Source: the human T2T-CHM13v2.0 reference genome, Homo sapiens
Direction: 5' to 3' (one strand)
Assembly: GCF_009914755.1 (NCBI RefSeq)
Contig: NC_060937.1
Length of the DNA stretch: 64,000 bases
Below, in pieces: positions 11,579-28,768 of the stretch. Each line of letters begins with the position of its first letter. The first letter of the stretch is position 1. A program made the translations under genes and the position numbers. Below the pieces are notes generated by a model. The model was not told where the DNA came from and ran no database searches. It was given only the letters and a program-made list of their open reading frames with translations.

Positions 11579-13254
11579 AATAGACATGTTTTTAATTGAA
11601 TACTAATGTCTTAATTATACTTTCATGCACTATTTTTAAGTCTTATAATATGACAGTTAGGAACAGGTTTGACATGTCATTTGACAGGAATGTTACTGCA
11701 TCAACAATATTCAGCATGTGCCTGCTATGTGGAGTGGGGCAAGAAAAAAATTAATCAGTTCTAAGAACCTTGAAGCAGGGCTGTTTGATACTCAAGCTTC
11801 CAAATTTAGCACCATGCTGGAAGTGCATTTGTAGTTTTGATCCTTAAATAACAGTGCAAGAAACTCTCTAAAACTATTATTACACTTTACCTAAAGTCCT
11901 GGATCTATCTTTGAAAAATAATTTGTTTTCAGCAAGTCTCTAAGAATTGTGTGGAATTCAACTAAATCATGTAATTCTGGTCTGCTACATGTACATTAGG
12001 GGAAATGTGTCCTCTTTTAAATACAAATATATTGAACTTGAGCTCAGGGACAGAACAGAAATTTTGTAAATAATATCAGTGTAGTTCTTTTATTTCAGAG
12101 GTTAAAAAAGAAGCTGTTTAAACCATAAAATAATCAAAGAGTTAATCTTGTTTTATTATTATAGGAGCAAAACCCACTGGCAACCTTTAACTATGTTAAT
12201 TTTCAAACTTTCAAGTCCTTACTCAAACCACAAAGCCAGCAAACTAAAGGTAGCCAAAGGGGCTGTTTGGTAAAGACAGAAATGAACTATGCCTTTTGAA
12301 GTGTTTCCAGGGAAATGTGTTTGGAATATTTAAGTCCCAAGTGAGTTACAAAGGTTATTCATTCACAAGTGAGATAAATTCATAGCTGTCAAATTGTCTG
12401 GATTCTCTGTGTGATCACCAGGGCTTCAAATCATTTATTTTTTTCCAGCAAAAGTTCAATATTTTCACAGCTTCAAATTTGATCGTACTTTATAATTTGG
12501 AAATAAAGAATTGCTCTCTTCCTCACCTGCTCACTGAAGCAATAAAAGGCTATGAGTATATTAAAGCATTTTTTTCTCTTCCATTGTATTTTATTTCTAT
12601 AGTATAAAGTCAAATGTTTCTAAATCGGATGTTTCTACTAGTGAAATAACTGGATGTAATTAACAAAGAGTCCAGTTTTACCAAACATATGGGGTGGGGA
12701 ATTATTGCAAATATAAATTTTATGGTGTTTTCTATTTGACTGTACTTTCTGGAATAATTGAAAATAAAATAATAGTTCAAAAGCCTCCCTATGTAAGTTT
12801 TGCCTTTTTTTTTCTCTCTTTTAAGAACTATCAGAGGTAGTTCAGAAAGAGGAAGAATTTTATTTTAATTGCTTGGTAACACTAAAATCAGGAGTTAAAA
12901 GGAGGGTAAGAATCCTCAAGAAAGACAACAAGGTCGATAAGATACCTCCTAACAAAATACTTCAGAGGAGACAGGAATGAGCTGTGGCTACTGGCCTGGT
13001 TAACTTTAGATTCTTTTCAGCTCCAAACGTACGTACGGGAGAGGAGACGGCTCCAGGGAACACTAACCAGGCCTGACCTCCTCTGCTCCCAGAGGAAAAC
13101 AAGGAGCTCGGAGTGCTCTGAGGCAGAGTGATAAAGCCACATACTTATACATACGCCTGTTTGGCAAAGAAAGCCAAAGAAAGCAGCTTATAAAAACTGC
13201 TCTGTAAGTCCAGACATTGCTGACTGTAGTGAGAAGAGAGAATCATTACCACTC

Positions 13255-14100
<846 letters not shown>

Positions 14101-15148
14101 TAAAACTTATCAAGTTTTTAGCCACGCTATTAATGTCAGACACGCTGCTAAGCATTGTAAGATACATGAATATGAAAGAAAGGACTTAAGACTAACAAAA
14201 GGTAACAGATAAGGTCAAGTCTAGGATCACTTTCTGAACAATGACATCTTCTGCACACAAGAGAAATATCTTCTTTGATGAATGATGGAATATTTATCCA
14301 AATAAATCCAGCATTCAATTAGAGGCTCAATTAAAAGTTCAAGTCATATTCAATCTTCTGTTTGATAATCAAGCAAAATTAGATGTGATCTGAGATATAA
14401 CAGATATAAATAATCATATATATCTAGTATATATACAAGATTTTGTCCTGTAAAACAATTTACACAAGATTTTTAAAAGATCAAATATTGTTTTTTGATA
14501 TATTTCCTAACACTGCCCAACTTTAGTTCAGGTGTCTCACACTTCACTAATATTTATGATCTTTCATTGTTTATAAATCAAATATTTTAATGACTTTAAA
14601 GAAGGTGGCTTTCAAGAGATCCAATTGTAAATCACTCTGTAAACTGAAAGGACTTTTTGTAATAGGGATTTACTTATATTCAGAAGTTAAAGTCTTACAA
14701 TAAGGAAAGATCATCTGTCTGTACAGTCTCTTAAGTTCTTTGCTCAAAAAGCTGAGCGAATCTCAATCCAAACAAAAGTGAGAAAAAAAAAGAAGAATGA
14801 ACCCACTGTGGGCAACTTGAGTCTGATAGATTTATTAGCTCAAGGTGAGTAGAAATAGTATCTTATCTGAAGGCAAGATCACATTTAAAGGGTTGCTTTT
14901 AATTTGTAGTTCAAGAATATTATAAAATATTTTTAAAACACAATTATTAACTTTAATTTTTTTCAGGAAATGGGAATGATTATCACTGGACCCAATTTTA
15001 AAATATAATTATGAAAAATCATACAATAATGCATATATGATCAAGAAATATCCAAACTAGGTATACTATAAGATACAGTGGACTTGAAGAGTAAAAGTGG
15101 GCAGTAAATAACTTATTACTAAAGGAATATGAATAATGGCATAAGTAG

Positions 15149-15620
<472 letters not shown>

Positions 15621-16034
15621 TATAGAATTAGTTAATAAGTATCTGTAGTTTCCCATGAAATTACCTGTCAGGAGCAAATTAGCTCCTTCTTATTGAATTT
15701 TTACTTTTAACATACCCCGTCTGCTATCATAAAATAGTTTGAGGAAGCTTACAATTAAAGATATGTGTTCAATACTGTCGTAAAAATATAGATTTAAAAA
15801 ATTTCACCTACAGTGTAGGAAATGGAAGTGGGTATGATTACTATATTTGAACCCTTTCTGTGTTTCCTGACTGCAAGAGAAGGAACTAAAAATATTAAGT
15901 TGTACAAGTCATATTTTTTAAGATAGTTATTCAGGAAGAACAATCAAAATGTAATATATTTGGATAGCACTTTCTAAAATGTTTCTCCCTACAATGTTTC
16001 ATGTGTTTTTTCCAAAACTTCTGTGAGTCTGCTG

Positions 16035-16135
16035 ACCAGCTATGACACCCAATTTTATATATGAGGAAATTAAGGCCCAGGAAGGTCACAGAGCTAAGAA
16101 GAAACAGAGCTAAGACTTGAATCCAAGTTTGGAGA
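16035..16135 (-). mobile_element. MIR fragment
   Basis: ttttatatatgaggaaattaaggcccag...ggtcacagagctaag. Confidence 0.65.
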
Positions 16136-16511
16136 AAATCATACACACGAAAATTAACATAGCTCTGAGCTCCCTGTAAGTAAAGACAAAAATGGGTGTG
16201 GGGTGAGGGCATGCCTCCTGTTATCTGATAAAATATCTAATAAAAGGAAGCCTGCTTTGGGCTAGTAGATACCAGCTTTTTCCTTCCACTAAAACTAACA
16301 GAAATTAGTAACACAGATATATATTCAAGAGGCTTTCGACCACAAAAGTGAACTGTGATTTTAGTAGAAGTCTTAAACAAATTGCAGACATGTTTATGTT
16401 TTTTATATGTCTCTGTATTATATAGCCTAAGGGAGTAATTTTAAATTGGTTCTGTGAAGGAATTACTTTTAAACAGCAGATGGTAGGAGCAATATTTTCT
16501 AGGTAAATGCT

Positions 16512-17040
16512 ATTCTATCAAGAAAGATTTATTGAGAGCCTACTATGTGCCAGTATCTATGCTAGATAGTGAGTATACAGAGATGAAAGTTATGATGCCT
16601 GCCCTCCAAGGTCTAACAGTCCAGTGGTGACATTCAATTGCGATAAAACACTCTGCTCGTGATGGAGAGCTGTGCAAACACAGAGGCAGAATGACAGACC
16701 AGCTAAATGTGCAAGATGGCCTCAGAAAGTCAAGGACTTGAAACTTCAGAAGACATTTGCCAAGTGAACAAGAGCAGAGCAAGTTTTGCAAACAAGAAAG
16801 GGGATGTGCAAGGGAACAGAGGCAAGAGGTGTAAGGGGGTGCAAGGGCTTCCTAGAGACTAATGAGTTCAGTGTTCCTTGAACTTTAATAAGACAGAAGG
16901 TAGGTGGTGGAAGAGAGGTTGAAGCAACACACAGCGGTCAGATGGGGCTGCTTATGCCTTGCAAGGCATGTAGTTTGCCCGTTGAGTAACTGCAACTCAC
17001 CAATGTCTATTGCACAGGGAATGGACATGCTCTGATGAGG
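16512..17040 (-). mobile_element. L2 3' region
   Basis: atttattgagagcctactatgtgccag...cctgccctccaaggtctaacagtccagtgg. Confidence 0.75.
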
Positions 17041-17863
17041 ATCCCAAGTATTATGTCAGTCCACTAGATGACCAGTCTGACAATGTGTTAAATTTTCAGA
17101 TTTTACCAATTTGCCAAAATCATGTTCCTTATATCTATTTATAAAGTTTACAGAGGTTTATGACTTGCCAATTGACTTGTTTTCATTTGGAGTTTGTAAT
17201 ATAGCATTTCAAAGAATGTGCAGTTTGCATCTGATGCTGGGATAGAGAAAAATTAGGCAAATTAGGAGCTATGCTAGGGAGAATAGGCCTTTGCCAGGAA
17301 AAGAGAGAAGGATGCATGGCCCATTATGCCAATCCTGGAGAGGAAGTTTCCTGAGGAAGTTGACTTGGGGGAGGTTGAGGCTGAGAAGACTACAGATTCA
17401 GGGGCAGAAAGAGAGATTATGGAACCGTGAGAGGACGTTGAGGAGAAGAAATTGGACAAATGGAGGATCAGAGAACAAGGCTAGAATCAGCAAAGGAAAA
17501 TAAAAGAATGGAGGAGAGAGGACAGGGGTAGGGAAATGTCTGAGGGCCATGGCATCCCACAGCCCCCAGGGACCTACAATCTATACCAAACAACTGAGGT
17601 AAACATCTTTGTGGTAAATGGTATATTTGGCAAATTAGACATTCATGAATTTCATTTCCAGTAAATTGACTTTTGGCTAATTGATTTTTTTTTCTCCAAA
17701 AGGACAGGTACCAGTATAGAATATTCAAGAACAGGAGATTTCTAAGACTATAAATGGAAAGAGAAAGTAGAGTCAAAAGAGTTTTTGTTTTTCAAGTGGG
17801 AAATGAATACATTCATGCGTGAGGAGAAAGAGTTAAAAATCGAACATACCAAAAAGAGAAAGA

Positions 17864-18157
17864 GGCCAGGGGTGGTGGCTCACACCTGTAATCCCAGGAC
17901 TTTGGGAGGCAGAAGCAGGCACATCACTTGAGGTCAAGAGTTCGAGACCAGCCTGGGCAACAGGACAAAACCCCATCTCTACTAAAAATACAGAAATAGC
18001 TAAGCGTGGTGGTGCATGCACATAATCCCAGCTACTCGGGAGGCTGAAGCATGAGAATAGCTTTAACTCGGGAGGCAGAGGTTGCAGTGAGCTGAGATTG
18101 CACTGCTGCACTCCAGCCTGCATGACAGAGCAAGACACTGTCTCAAAAAAAAAAACA
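17864..18157 (+). mobile_element. AluS (Sz/Sx-like)
   Basis: Full dimer; TSD aaaaagagaaaga / aaaaagagagaga, the right copy running into (GA)n up to 18180. Confidence 0.92.
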
Positions 18158-18196
18158 AAAAAGAGAGAGAGAGAGAGAGAATATTTTTGTAGCAAG

Positions 18197-19388
18197 ATAT
18201 TCCAGCTATTATTGCTATAGAGCAAGTTTTCCCAAAACCTAGTGGCTTAATAAATGAAAACATTTATTTTGTCCACAAAGCTATAATTTGGCCAAGGCTT
18301 GGCAGTGACAGCTCAACCCTGGCTCCACCCAGGGTCAGCTGGAATGGCTCAAAGGTGAGGGACTAAAATTACTGAAGACTCATTCACTCGTGTCTCGCAG
18401 TTGATGCTGGCACTTGTCTGAGGGTCTTAGTTTTTTTCCACATGGTTTTCTCCACGTGACCTCTCTGTGTGGGCTAGAATGCTTCCCCTCCCATTGTGGC
18501 TGAGCTGAAAGACAAACATCTAGAACGAAAGAACCAGGCAGAAGCTAAACACACGCCTTTCTAACCTAGTTTCACCAGTAATACAATGTCACTTCTACTG
18601 TATTCACAGGACCATCCAGATTCAAGAAGAGGAAACGCAGATGCCATCTGTGATGGTTAGCATTATGTGTCAACTTGATTGGATTGAAGGATGCTTAAAT
18701 AGCTGGTAAAGTATTGTTTCTGTGTGTGTCTATGAGGGCGTTGCCAGAGGAGATTGACATTTGAGTCCGTGGACTGGGAGAGGAAGACACACCCTCAGTA
18801 TGGGTGGGCACCATCCAATCGGCTGCCAGACCAGCTAAAACAAAGCAGATGGAAGAAGGTGGGATAAGCCGGCTTGCTGAGTTTTCTGGCTTCCATCTTT
18901 CTCCCCTGCTGGATGTTTCTTGCCCTTGGACATCAGACTCCAGATTCTTCGGCCTTTGGACTCTTGGACTCACTCTAGTGGTTTGCCTGGGACTCTCAGG
19001 CCTTCGGCTACAGATTGAAGGCTACACTGTCGACTTCTTTACTTTTGAGGCTCTTGGACTTGGAATGAGCCACTGCTGGCTTCCTACCTCCTCAGCTTGC
19101 AGATGGCTTATCATGGGACTTCACCTTGTGATCGTGTGAGTTAATTCTTAATAAACTCCCTTTCATATATACACCTACCCTATTAGTTCTGTCCCTCTGC
19201 AGAACCCTAATACACCATCCTTTAATAGAAGAATATCAATATCCTATTATAAAAAGAATACAAGAATACAAAATAATATATATTCCAAATTGTTGTATTC
19301 TTTATATACATCACACATATATATCACACATATATGTATGTGTGTGTATGTATTGCACCATTTTAGACAAATACAATCTGTTACCCAC
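18197..19388 (-). mobile_element. MLT1 (G/H-like) MaLR LTR, split by MLT2A
   Basis: aaaacctagtggcttaa...cagggtcagctgg...ccagattcaagaagagg; resumes after 19214. Confidence 0.7.
18649..19214 (+). mobile_element. MLT2A (MLT2A2-like) HERV-L solo LTR
   Basis: TG...CA termini (tgtgatggtt...ctaataca), exact 5-bp TSD CCATC (18644-18648, 19215-19219), aataaa near the 3' end. Confidence 0.9.
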
Positions 19389-20684
19389 ACTCACTGAAGT
19401 GGCTTAAAAAAAATAGCTCCAGAACAGAGATGAAACAGCCTTGCATTGGCAAGAGGATAGTTTTTCTGTTAAGGAGGGGCTAGGCCAGGAATTCAGCTGA
19501 CTGTGAGCCAATTTAAAGAGAACAAGGAGAACCAAGAAAGCTATGCAAGCCAGGTTTAGGCCTTTCTTTCCCCCCATCTAAGTTTCAGATGGTATCTTAG
19601 TCCTGCAATTCTCCTCCTTTACCTTAAATTCAAGTTCAGGAAATTATAATTTGTTGCATTTTGATGAAAGTTTCCATCACATTTTAAAATATTAATATTT
19701 GACTCTGAAGTCTTCCTTTTTATACCATAATTATTAGCAGGTATAAAGGAAGTCCCAGCATAGGTATTTGGAGGATCTAATTTTCACCATTCCATACTCT
19801 TCATGGGGAAGAAACAATAAGAGGTTAGAAACTGAGTCAAAAGAAGAGAAAATGTAATCGAAGTTTTATTTTAATTATAGTCTGCCCTGGTCTTTCTCCA
19901 GTAACTCCAGTTATCACTATCTGTTGTAGTCTCTCTGAGGTGTGAAATACTTGCCACATCTTTCCAGAAATGAAGAAGAACCATCCTTAAATAATTGCAT
20001 ATTTAATAATGCCTAATGCTTACCACTAAAGTAATGTCAGAATTTACAAATTGCTCACAAGTAGTAACACTGATCTCATTTTCTTTTTCTTTAATGTCTA
20101 TTGTTCTCACCTTGGAAATTATAAAGAATGTTTTCTAGGGTTAATGATTTCTGGAACATCTCATTTATTTCAGACACATTAGAGTTAGTATCTATTTATT
20201 TCTTTACCCCTAGGTCCAAAGGAAATTAAATGTTGTAAAAAAGGTAGATAGAATAAGGAGAAATATTATTTTCTATATCCAATAAGCTCAGAGACAAGAA
20301 CCACCTTTTCTTAACCTGTTGTGGAAGGTCACGGCAAGTAGCTTTGCTAATGGGCAAATTGTTGAACTTTTAGGAAAGGTTTAAAAGCACCGAGGTTTGG
20401 AGGGTTGAACTTCCGGAGACCATATAGATCTGCTGGCAGAATTTCTCAGGAGAGTGTGAATGTTAAAAGGGGATTTATGGATGTGACAAGCAGAGCACTT
20501 AGAGGGAACCCAAGGGTTTGATGCAACATTTGGCTACTAGAACACCTAGGAAAAGTCTGTACATGATCCTTTTCCATCCTAAGAGGAAAGTTTATTCTAC
20601 ATCAAAAAAGATTAGCAAAATCATTATATCATCTACAAATCTGCTGTGGCTGTCAGTCCCTTTTTTTTCCTGTTATATCAGAGA

Positions 20685-21640
20685 AAGTATCTCTTCTCAA
20701 GATCAATAATCATTCCCTCTGAATGAGATCCAGATCCCTTTCTTTCTCATCTTATTACACATTATTCATCAGCTCTCTTTCTTGTATCTTCAACTTCTCC
20801 GTCTAGACCAACTCATTCTTACCAGAGCACCAATGGGTTCTAATGTTCTCACATCTTTAAAAACATCATTCTCCTTTGACCTCCTATCTCCCCATCCTCT
20901 TCCAATTGCCACTCCTTTGCTCTCTCCCTGTCATACTCAAACTTCTTGAAAATATTGCCTCCAAACCCTGCATCAAAATTCTTACCTCCTATTCACTCTT
21001 CAAACTCCCTCATACTATTTCCATTCCTAAAATCATACTGAAATTAATATTGTCAAGGAGGGCACAACTTTCACCTTGCAAATCTAATTGACTTCTTCTA
21101 TCCTCATTCTTCTTAAACTCTCACTAGCAGTCAACAGAACTGGCACTCAATCCTCTTTGAAACGTGGCTGCCAGTACTTCCTAGTATCTTTAGCCAGCTT
21201 CTTCTACTCTCCTGACTTCCAAAAGTTGAAGTTCTTCTGGGCACTATGTGGGACATCTTCCTGTATACACTCTTTTTTAGGTGATTAAAACTTTCAGTAC
21301 CATCATTGGGTCAGCAACATCTAAAACTTCCATCTCCAGCTTAGACCATTCTGAGGATCCCAAACTCACATACCCAATGGTTTATTTAATATCTCTCCTT
21401 CTCCGATTGGATGTCTCATAAACAATCTAAATTTAATGTGCCCCAAACTCAAATTCTATACATTCCCTGCCTCCAAAATGCTCACTTCTTAGTCTTTCCT
21501 GTCTCTGAAAATGGTACCATGATCTATTCAGTGTCCACAAACAAGTGTTTGATACTTCCCTCTCTTTCAAACCCACAGCTAATCTATACTCAAGCCGTGT
21601 CTGTTCAAACTACATACATGTCTTGGATCACTCCATTGCT
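20685..21640 (+). mobile_element. L2 internal/3' fragment
   Basis: Pyrimidine-rich L2 motifs (ggatgtctcataaacaatctaaatttaatgtgccccaaactcaa). Confidence 0.75.
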
Positions 21641-22157
21641 CTAGATTCTTTTCTAATTGAAAAAGAAATCACAGAAAATGTTGAACACATTCTCTTCTTT
21701 TTCCTATGTACTTTGAATTCCTTGGGAGAAGTCCAGTCTATTTTAAATAAATGATATAAATAAATAAGTTCAATGCAACATATTAACTTTGAAGTTTTGG
21801 TTATCAGTGCTTTTCTCTATGGGGAACTCATATGCTGTTTCAAACTTCTAAGCTGATTTTTGAGAGGAAGATATATTTTCTCATAGAACCCCAAGAGACT
21901 TGTATCAGAAATGAAGAAATGATTTCAGTTTTTTAAAGTTTCTTATATGGTGTCTTCAAAAAATAAATTTAGTTTTTTGTTCAAAAGATGTCTGAATGTT
22001 ACTTCATTCTACACAACATAAAATTATATATTAACCTTCACCTCCTGAAACTTTCTGCTGGATAGAATTAAGAGTCATTTACTTGTCCCAAAGTAAAAGC
22101 AAGCCCTATGGGTCAAATTCCATCCACCTCTTCCCCTACGGAGGGTGAAGAGATTTT

Positions 22158-22272
22158 CAAAGAAGGAAAGAAGGGAATGAAGGAAGAAAGGAAGGGGGGA
22201 AGAGAAAAGGAGAGGGAAGAAAGAGGAAGGAAGGAAGGGAGGGAGGGAGGGGAAAAAGGAAAAAAAAGAAAA
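22158..22272 (+). repeat. GA-rich low-complexity tract
   Basis: Nearly pure purine run with GGAA/GGGA units. Confidence 0.9.
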
Positions 22273-23239
22273 GTTTTATCTAATTAGCTAACCTCAAAAG
22301 CTAATAAGATCTTATTTCTTGTAAGAAATTTGAGAAAAGGGATTTAAAAAGAAATAGCTAAGTTCATCTGCCACCATTAGGCATCTGAAATGAAAATGAA
22401 AGATTTGACTAATTTATTCAAGTCAAAAAATAAAGATCGCATTCTGCTTCCAAGACACCATTGTGCTATGAACTGTACAATTCAAGTTCATTGCATGATG
22501 TAGAAGTGATCAGATTGAATTGTCTTCATTGTATGCCCTTAATCATAAAGAGTTTGTGTGCCTTTGAAAGAAGAGGAGTTTAGAATAACAAGAGCATGGA
22601 GACTTCTTTTATTTTAATGCATTCAGATGACTGAGTCATAGAAACTTGTTGAAGATATTTATTGAGCTGCTACCTCACATGAAGGACTTTTTGGAATTAA
22701 TAGGCTCCGAGAGACCCAACTTGTCAGACCCCCAGTGGCTCAGAAGATTGTACATCTTTGTGAATATGACAAGACGTCCAAGCACCCTGAACCTGAGACT
22801 GCAGGGGAACAAGAAGCATTGCTGATTTTTTCAACGCACGAGTATACAGACTCCATGTGGACATGTGGACTGAGCAGATGGCAGCTGAGGATGGCACTGG
22901 CTTCCCATCCCTGAACATTCAGAGCTCAAAATATCCAAAAATTCTGAAGAATTACAGAATTGATGAAAATGACACCATAATTTTAGAAGAGATTCATGGA
23001 GTGTAATAAATACAGATCATGCTAATGTCTGTGGTTATCTAGAGATAACATCCAAACAAGCAAATGTCCACTCTATCACAGCATCGCTCAACCCCACAAG
23101 AAAAAAATAGGGTGGATTGTGCCCACCTAGAAGATTAAGTATCCCTGGAAATGTAACTTAACTGATATTTAAATCCATTTGATCTCTTTGAAATATTTGG
23201 CTCTGAAAGTATTTTTCTTGCTTTAGTGAATTCTGCTGG

Positions 23240-23652
23240 TGTACTAGCCAGACCCCTTGGCAAGGACTGGTGTGCTCATCCCCTAGTTGGTGTTGTTGTT
23301 GACTGTTAATGGCATGGAACTAAAACCTTTTCCAAGTAATTGCCCTCAGCCAAGCAAGAGCTGCCTAACCTAGGAGGTTATGCCCCACCCACCCACACTC
23401 CTGGGGACAGATCACAGCTAATGACTTCCTGGGGGCAGAGATGGGCTTGTTTCAAGGAACAACTTAATATCACAATTCATGCCCTACACTTCCTCAGGGA
23501 ATAGACTAAAGCTAGACTTCATCCAAAACTGCATCTTAGTTTAAGTGCCTTCCACTCCCTATCCCATCACTCACTCCTTTCCTCCTAAGAAAATAAATAA
23601 TACTCACAAGAATTTGTCTCAAGACCTGCTTTTAGAAAATATGAACTAAAAC
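23240..23652 (+). mobile_element. LTR16-family (LTR16C-like) ERVL 5' LTR
   Basis: tgtactagcc...aattgccctcagcc...tgaactaaaaca, directly followed by an ERVL leader gctggtgctaggagtggtcc. Confidence 0.7.
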
Positions 23653-26090
<2,438 letters not shown>

Positions 26091-28768
26091 GATGTTTTAA
26101 AAGTAATTATTTATCACATATAAGGGAGTTTCAATAAAGCTAGCAGGGATTTCTTGGCAAAAATGTTACAGGCCAGGAGAGATGATGTATTCAAACTGCT
26201 TAAGAAAAAAAAAAAAAAACTGCCAACCAAGAATATTTTACTTGGTAAAGCCATATATCAGAAATGAAGAAAAAATAAACACTTTCCCAGAAAAATAAAA
26301 GCCGAAGGAGTTCATCACTACCAGGCCAGTCTTACAAAAAGTGCTAAAAGGAGTTCTTCAAGCTGAAAGAAAAGAATACTAATCAGTAACATGAAAACAT
26401 ATGAAAGTATAAAACTCACCAGTGAAAGTAAATATACAGTCAAATTCAGAATACTCTTATACTGTAGTGGTGACCTATAAATCACTTTTATTTTTACTAG
26501 GAAGGTTGAAATACAAAACTGTTAAAAATAATAATAGCCACAATAAGTTAAGAAATACACAATATAAAAAATATAAATTGTGTTATAAAATGTGAGGATA
26601 AAAGTGTGGAGGTTTTTCATATGATCGAAGTTAAGTTGTTATAAATTTAAAATATCCTGTTATAACAATAACATGTTTTATATAAGCTTCATGTTAACCA
26701 TAAAGCAAAAACCTATAGCAGACACACGAAAGATAAAAAGGAATCAAAACATACCTCCAGAGAAAGTCACCTAATCACAAAGGAAGACAGCAAAAGAGGA
26801 AGAAAATAAACAAAGGATCTACAAAACAACCAGAAAACAATTAATAAAATGACAGCGGCAAGTCCTTACCTATCAATAATTACCCTGAATGTAAATGGAT
26901 TAAATTATCCAATGAAAGACATAGAATGGCTGAATGGACTTTAAAAAAAAAAAAAAAAAAGAGGAAAACAAGCCCCAACTATATACTGCCTACAAGAGAT
27001 TCATTTCACCTTCAAGGACACACAGAGATTGAAAGTAAAAGAATGGAAAGATATCCCACACAAGTGAAAACCAAAAGAAAGCAGGAATAGCTATACTTAT
27101 TTTAGATAAAATAGACTTCAAGTCAAAAACTGTAAAACAAGACAAAGAAGGTCATTATATAATGATAAAGGGATCAATTCAGGAAGAGGATATAACAATT
27201 GTGAATATATATGCACCCAACATCGGAGCACCTAAATATATAAAGCAAATATTAATAGATCTGAAGAGAGAGATAGACTGCAATACAGTAATAGGAGGGG
27301 AATTCAATACTCGACTTTCAACAATAAACAGATCATCCAGACAGAAAATCAATAAGGAAACATTGGACTTGAACTATACTTTAGACCAAATAGACCTAAC
27401 AGACATATAGAGAACATTTCATCCAACAGCAGCAGAATTCACATTATTCTCAAGTGTACATAGAACATACTCCAGGATAGATATGGTAGGCCATAAAACA
27501 AGTCTTAACAACTTAAGAAAATTAAAATCATATCAAGTATCTTTTCTGGACACAATGGCATGAAATAAAATTTTAGGAAAATTCACAAATAGATAGAAAT
27601 AAACACTATACTCCTAAACAACCAATGGGTAGAAATTCAAAAGAAAAATTTAAAATATCTTGAAATAAACAAAAATGGAAACACAACATACCAAACCTTA
27701 TGGGATACAGCAAAAGCAGTTATTACAGGAAAGTTTCTAGCTCTAAATGCCTACATCAAAAAAGAAGAAAGATCTCAAATAAACAACCTGATATTACACT
27801 TTAAGCAATTAGAAAGAGAACAAACTAAGCCAAAGTTAGTACAAGGAAGAAAATAATAAATATTAGAGCAGAAATAAATGAAATAGAGACTGAAAAACAT
27901 AAGAAAAGATTCACGAAACTGAGTTGCTTTTTTGCAAATATAAAAAAAGTCAATAAACTCCTAACTAGACTTAGGGAAGACTCAAATCAGAAATGAAAGA
28001 GGAAACATTACAACTTACACCCCAGAAATACAAAGGATCATAAGAGACCACTATGAATAATTATAGGCCAACAAATTGGATAACCTAGAAAAAAATGGAT
28101 TAATTTCTACACATACCAAAGCTAAACATGAAGAAATGAAAAACATGAACAGACCAATAATAAGTGACAAAGACTGAGTCAGAAATAAAAGTCTCCCATC
28201 AAAGATACACTCAGGACCTGATGGCTTCACTGCTCAGTTCTACCAAACATTTAAATAACTAATACCAATCCTCCTCAAACTCTTCTAAGAAATTGAAGTG
28301 GAGGGAATACTTCCAAACTCGTTTCATGAGATCAGTATTACCATGATACCAAAGCCAGATAAGGACACCATAAGAAAATAAAATTATAGGCCAATATCCT
28401 TGATGAAAGTGGATGCAAAAATTCAACAAAATACTAAAAGAACATTAAAATAGTAACAATATTAAAAGGATCACTCATCATAATCAAGTGGGATTTATCC
28501 CTGGATACAAGGATGATGCAACATTTGCGAATCAATGTTATGTACTATGATACACCACAATAACAGAAAGAAGGGGAAAAGAATATGATTATCTCCATAG
28601 ATGCAAAAAAGGCATTTGTCAACATTTAACATGCTTTCATGAAAAAAATTCTCAAGGTAGTTGGAGAACAAACATACCTCAATACAATAAAAGCCATGCA
28701 TGACAAGCCCACTGCTAACATATACTAAAGGCTGAAAAGTTGCAAGGTTTTCCTCTAAGATCAGGAAC

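Noticed and set aside
22700-22920. Exon-like GC-raised segment with ~60-codon open frames
   Set aside because: No convincing splice-site pair and no recognisable peptide on either strand.
27162-27410. 82-aa ORF resembling an endonuclease
   Set aside because: Fragment of degenerate L1 ORF2 bounded by stops and frameshifts; the same applies to the ORFs at 29145, 30081, 30663 and 31136.
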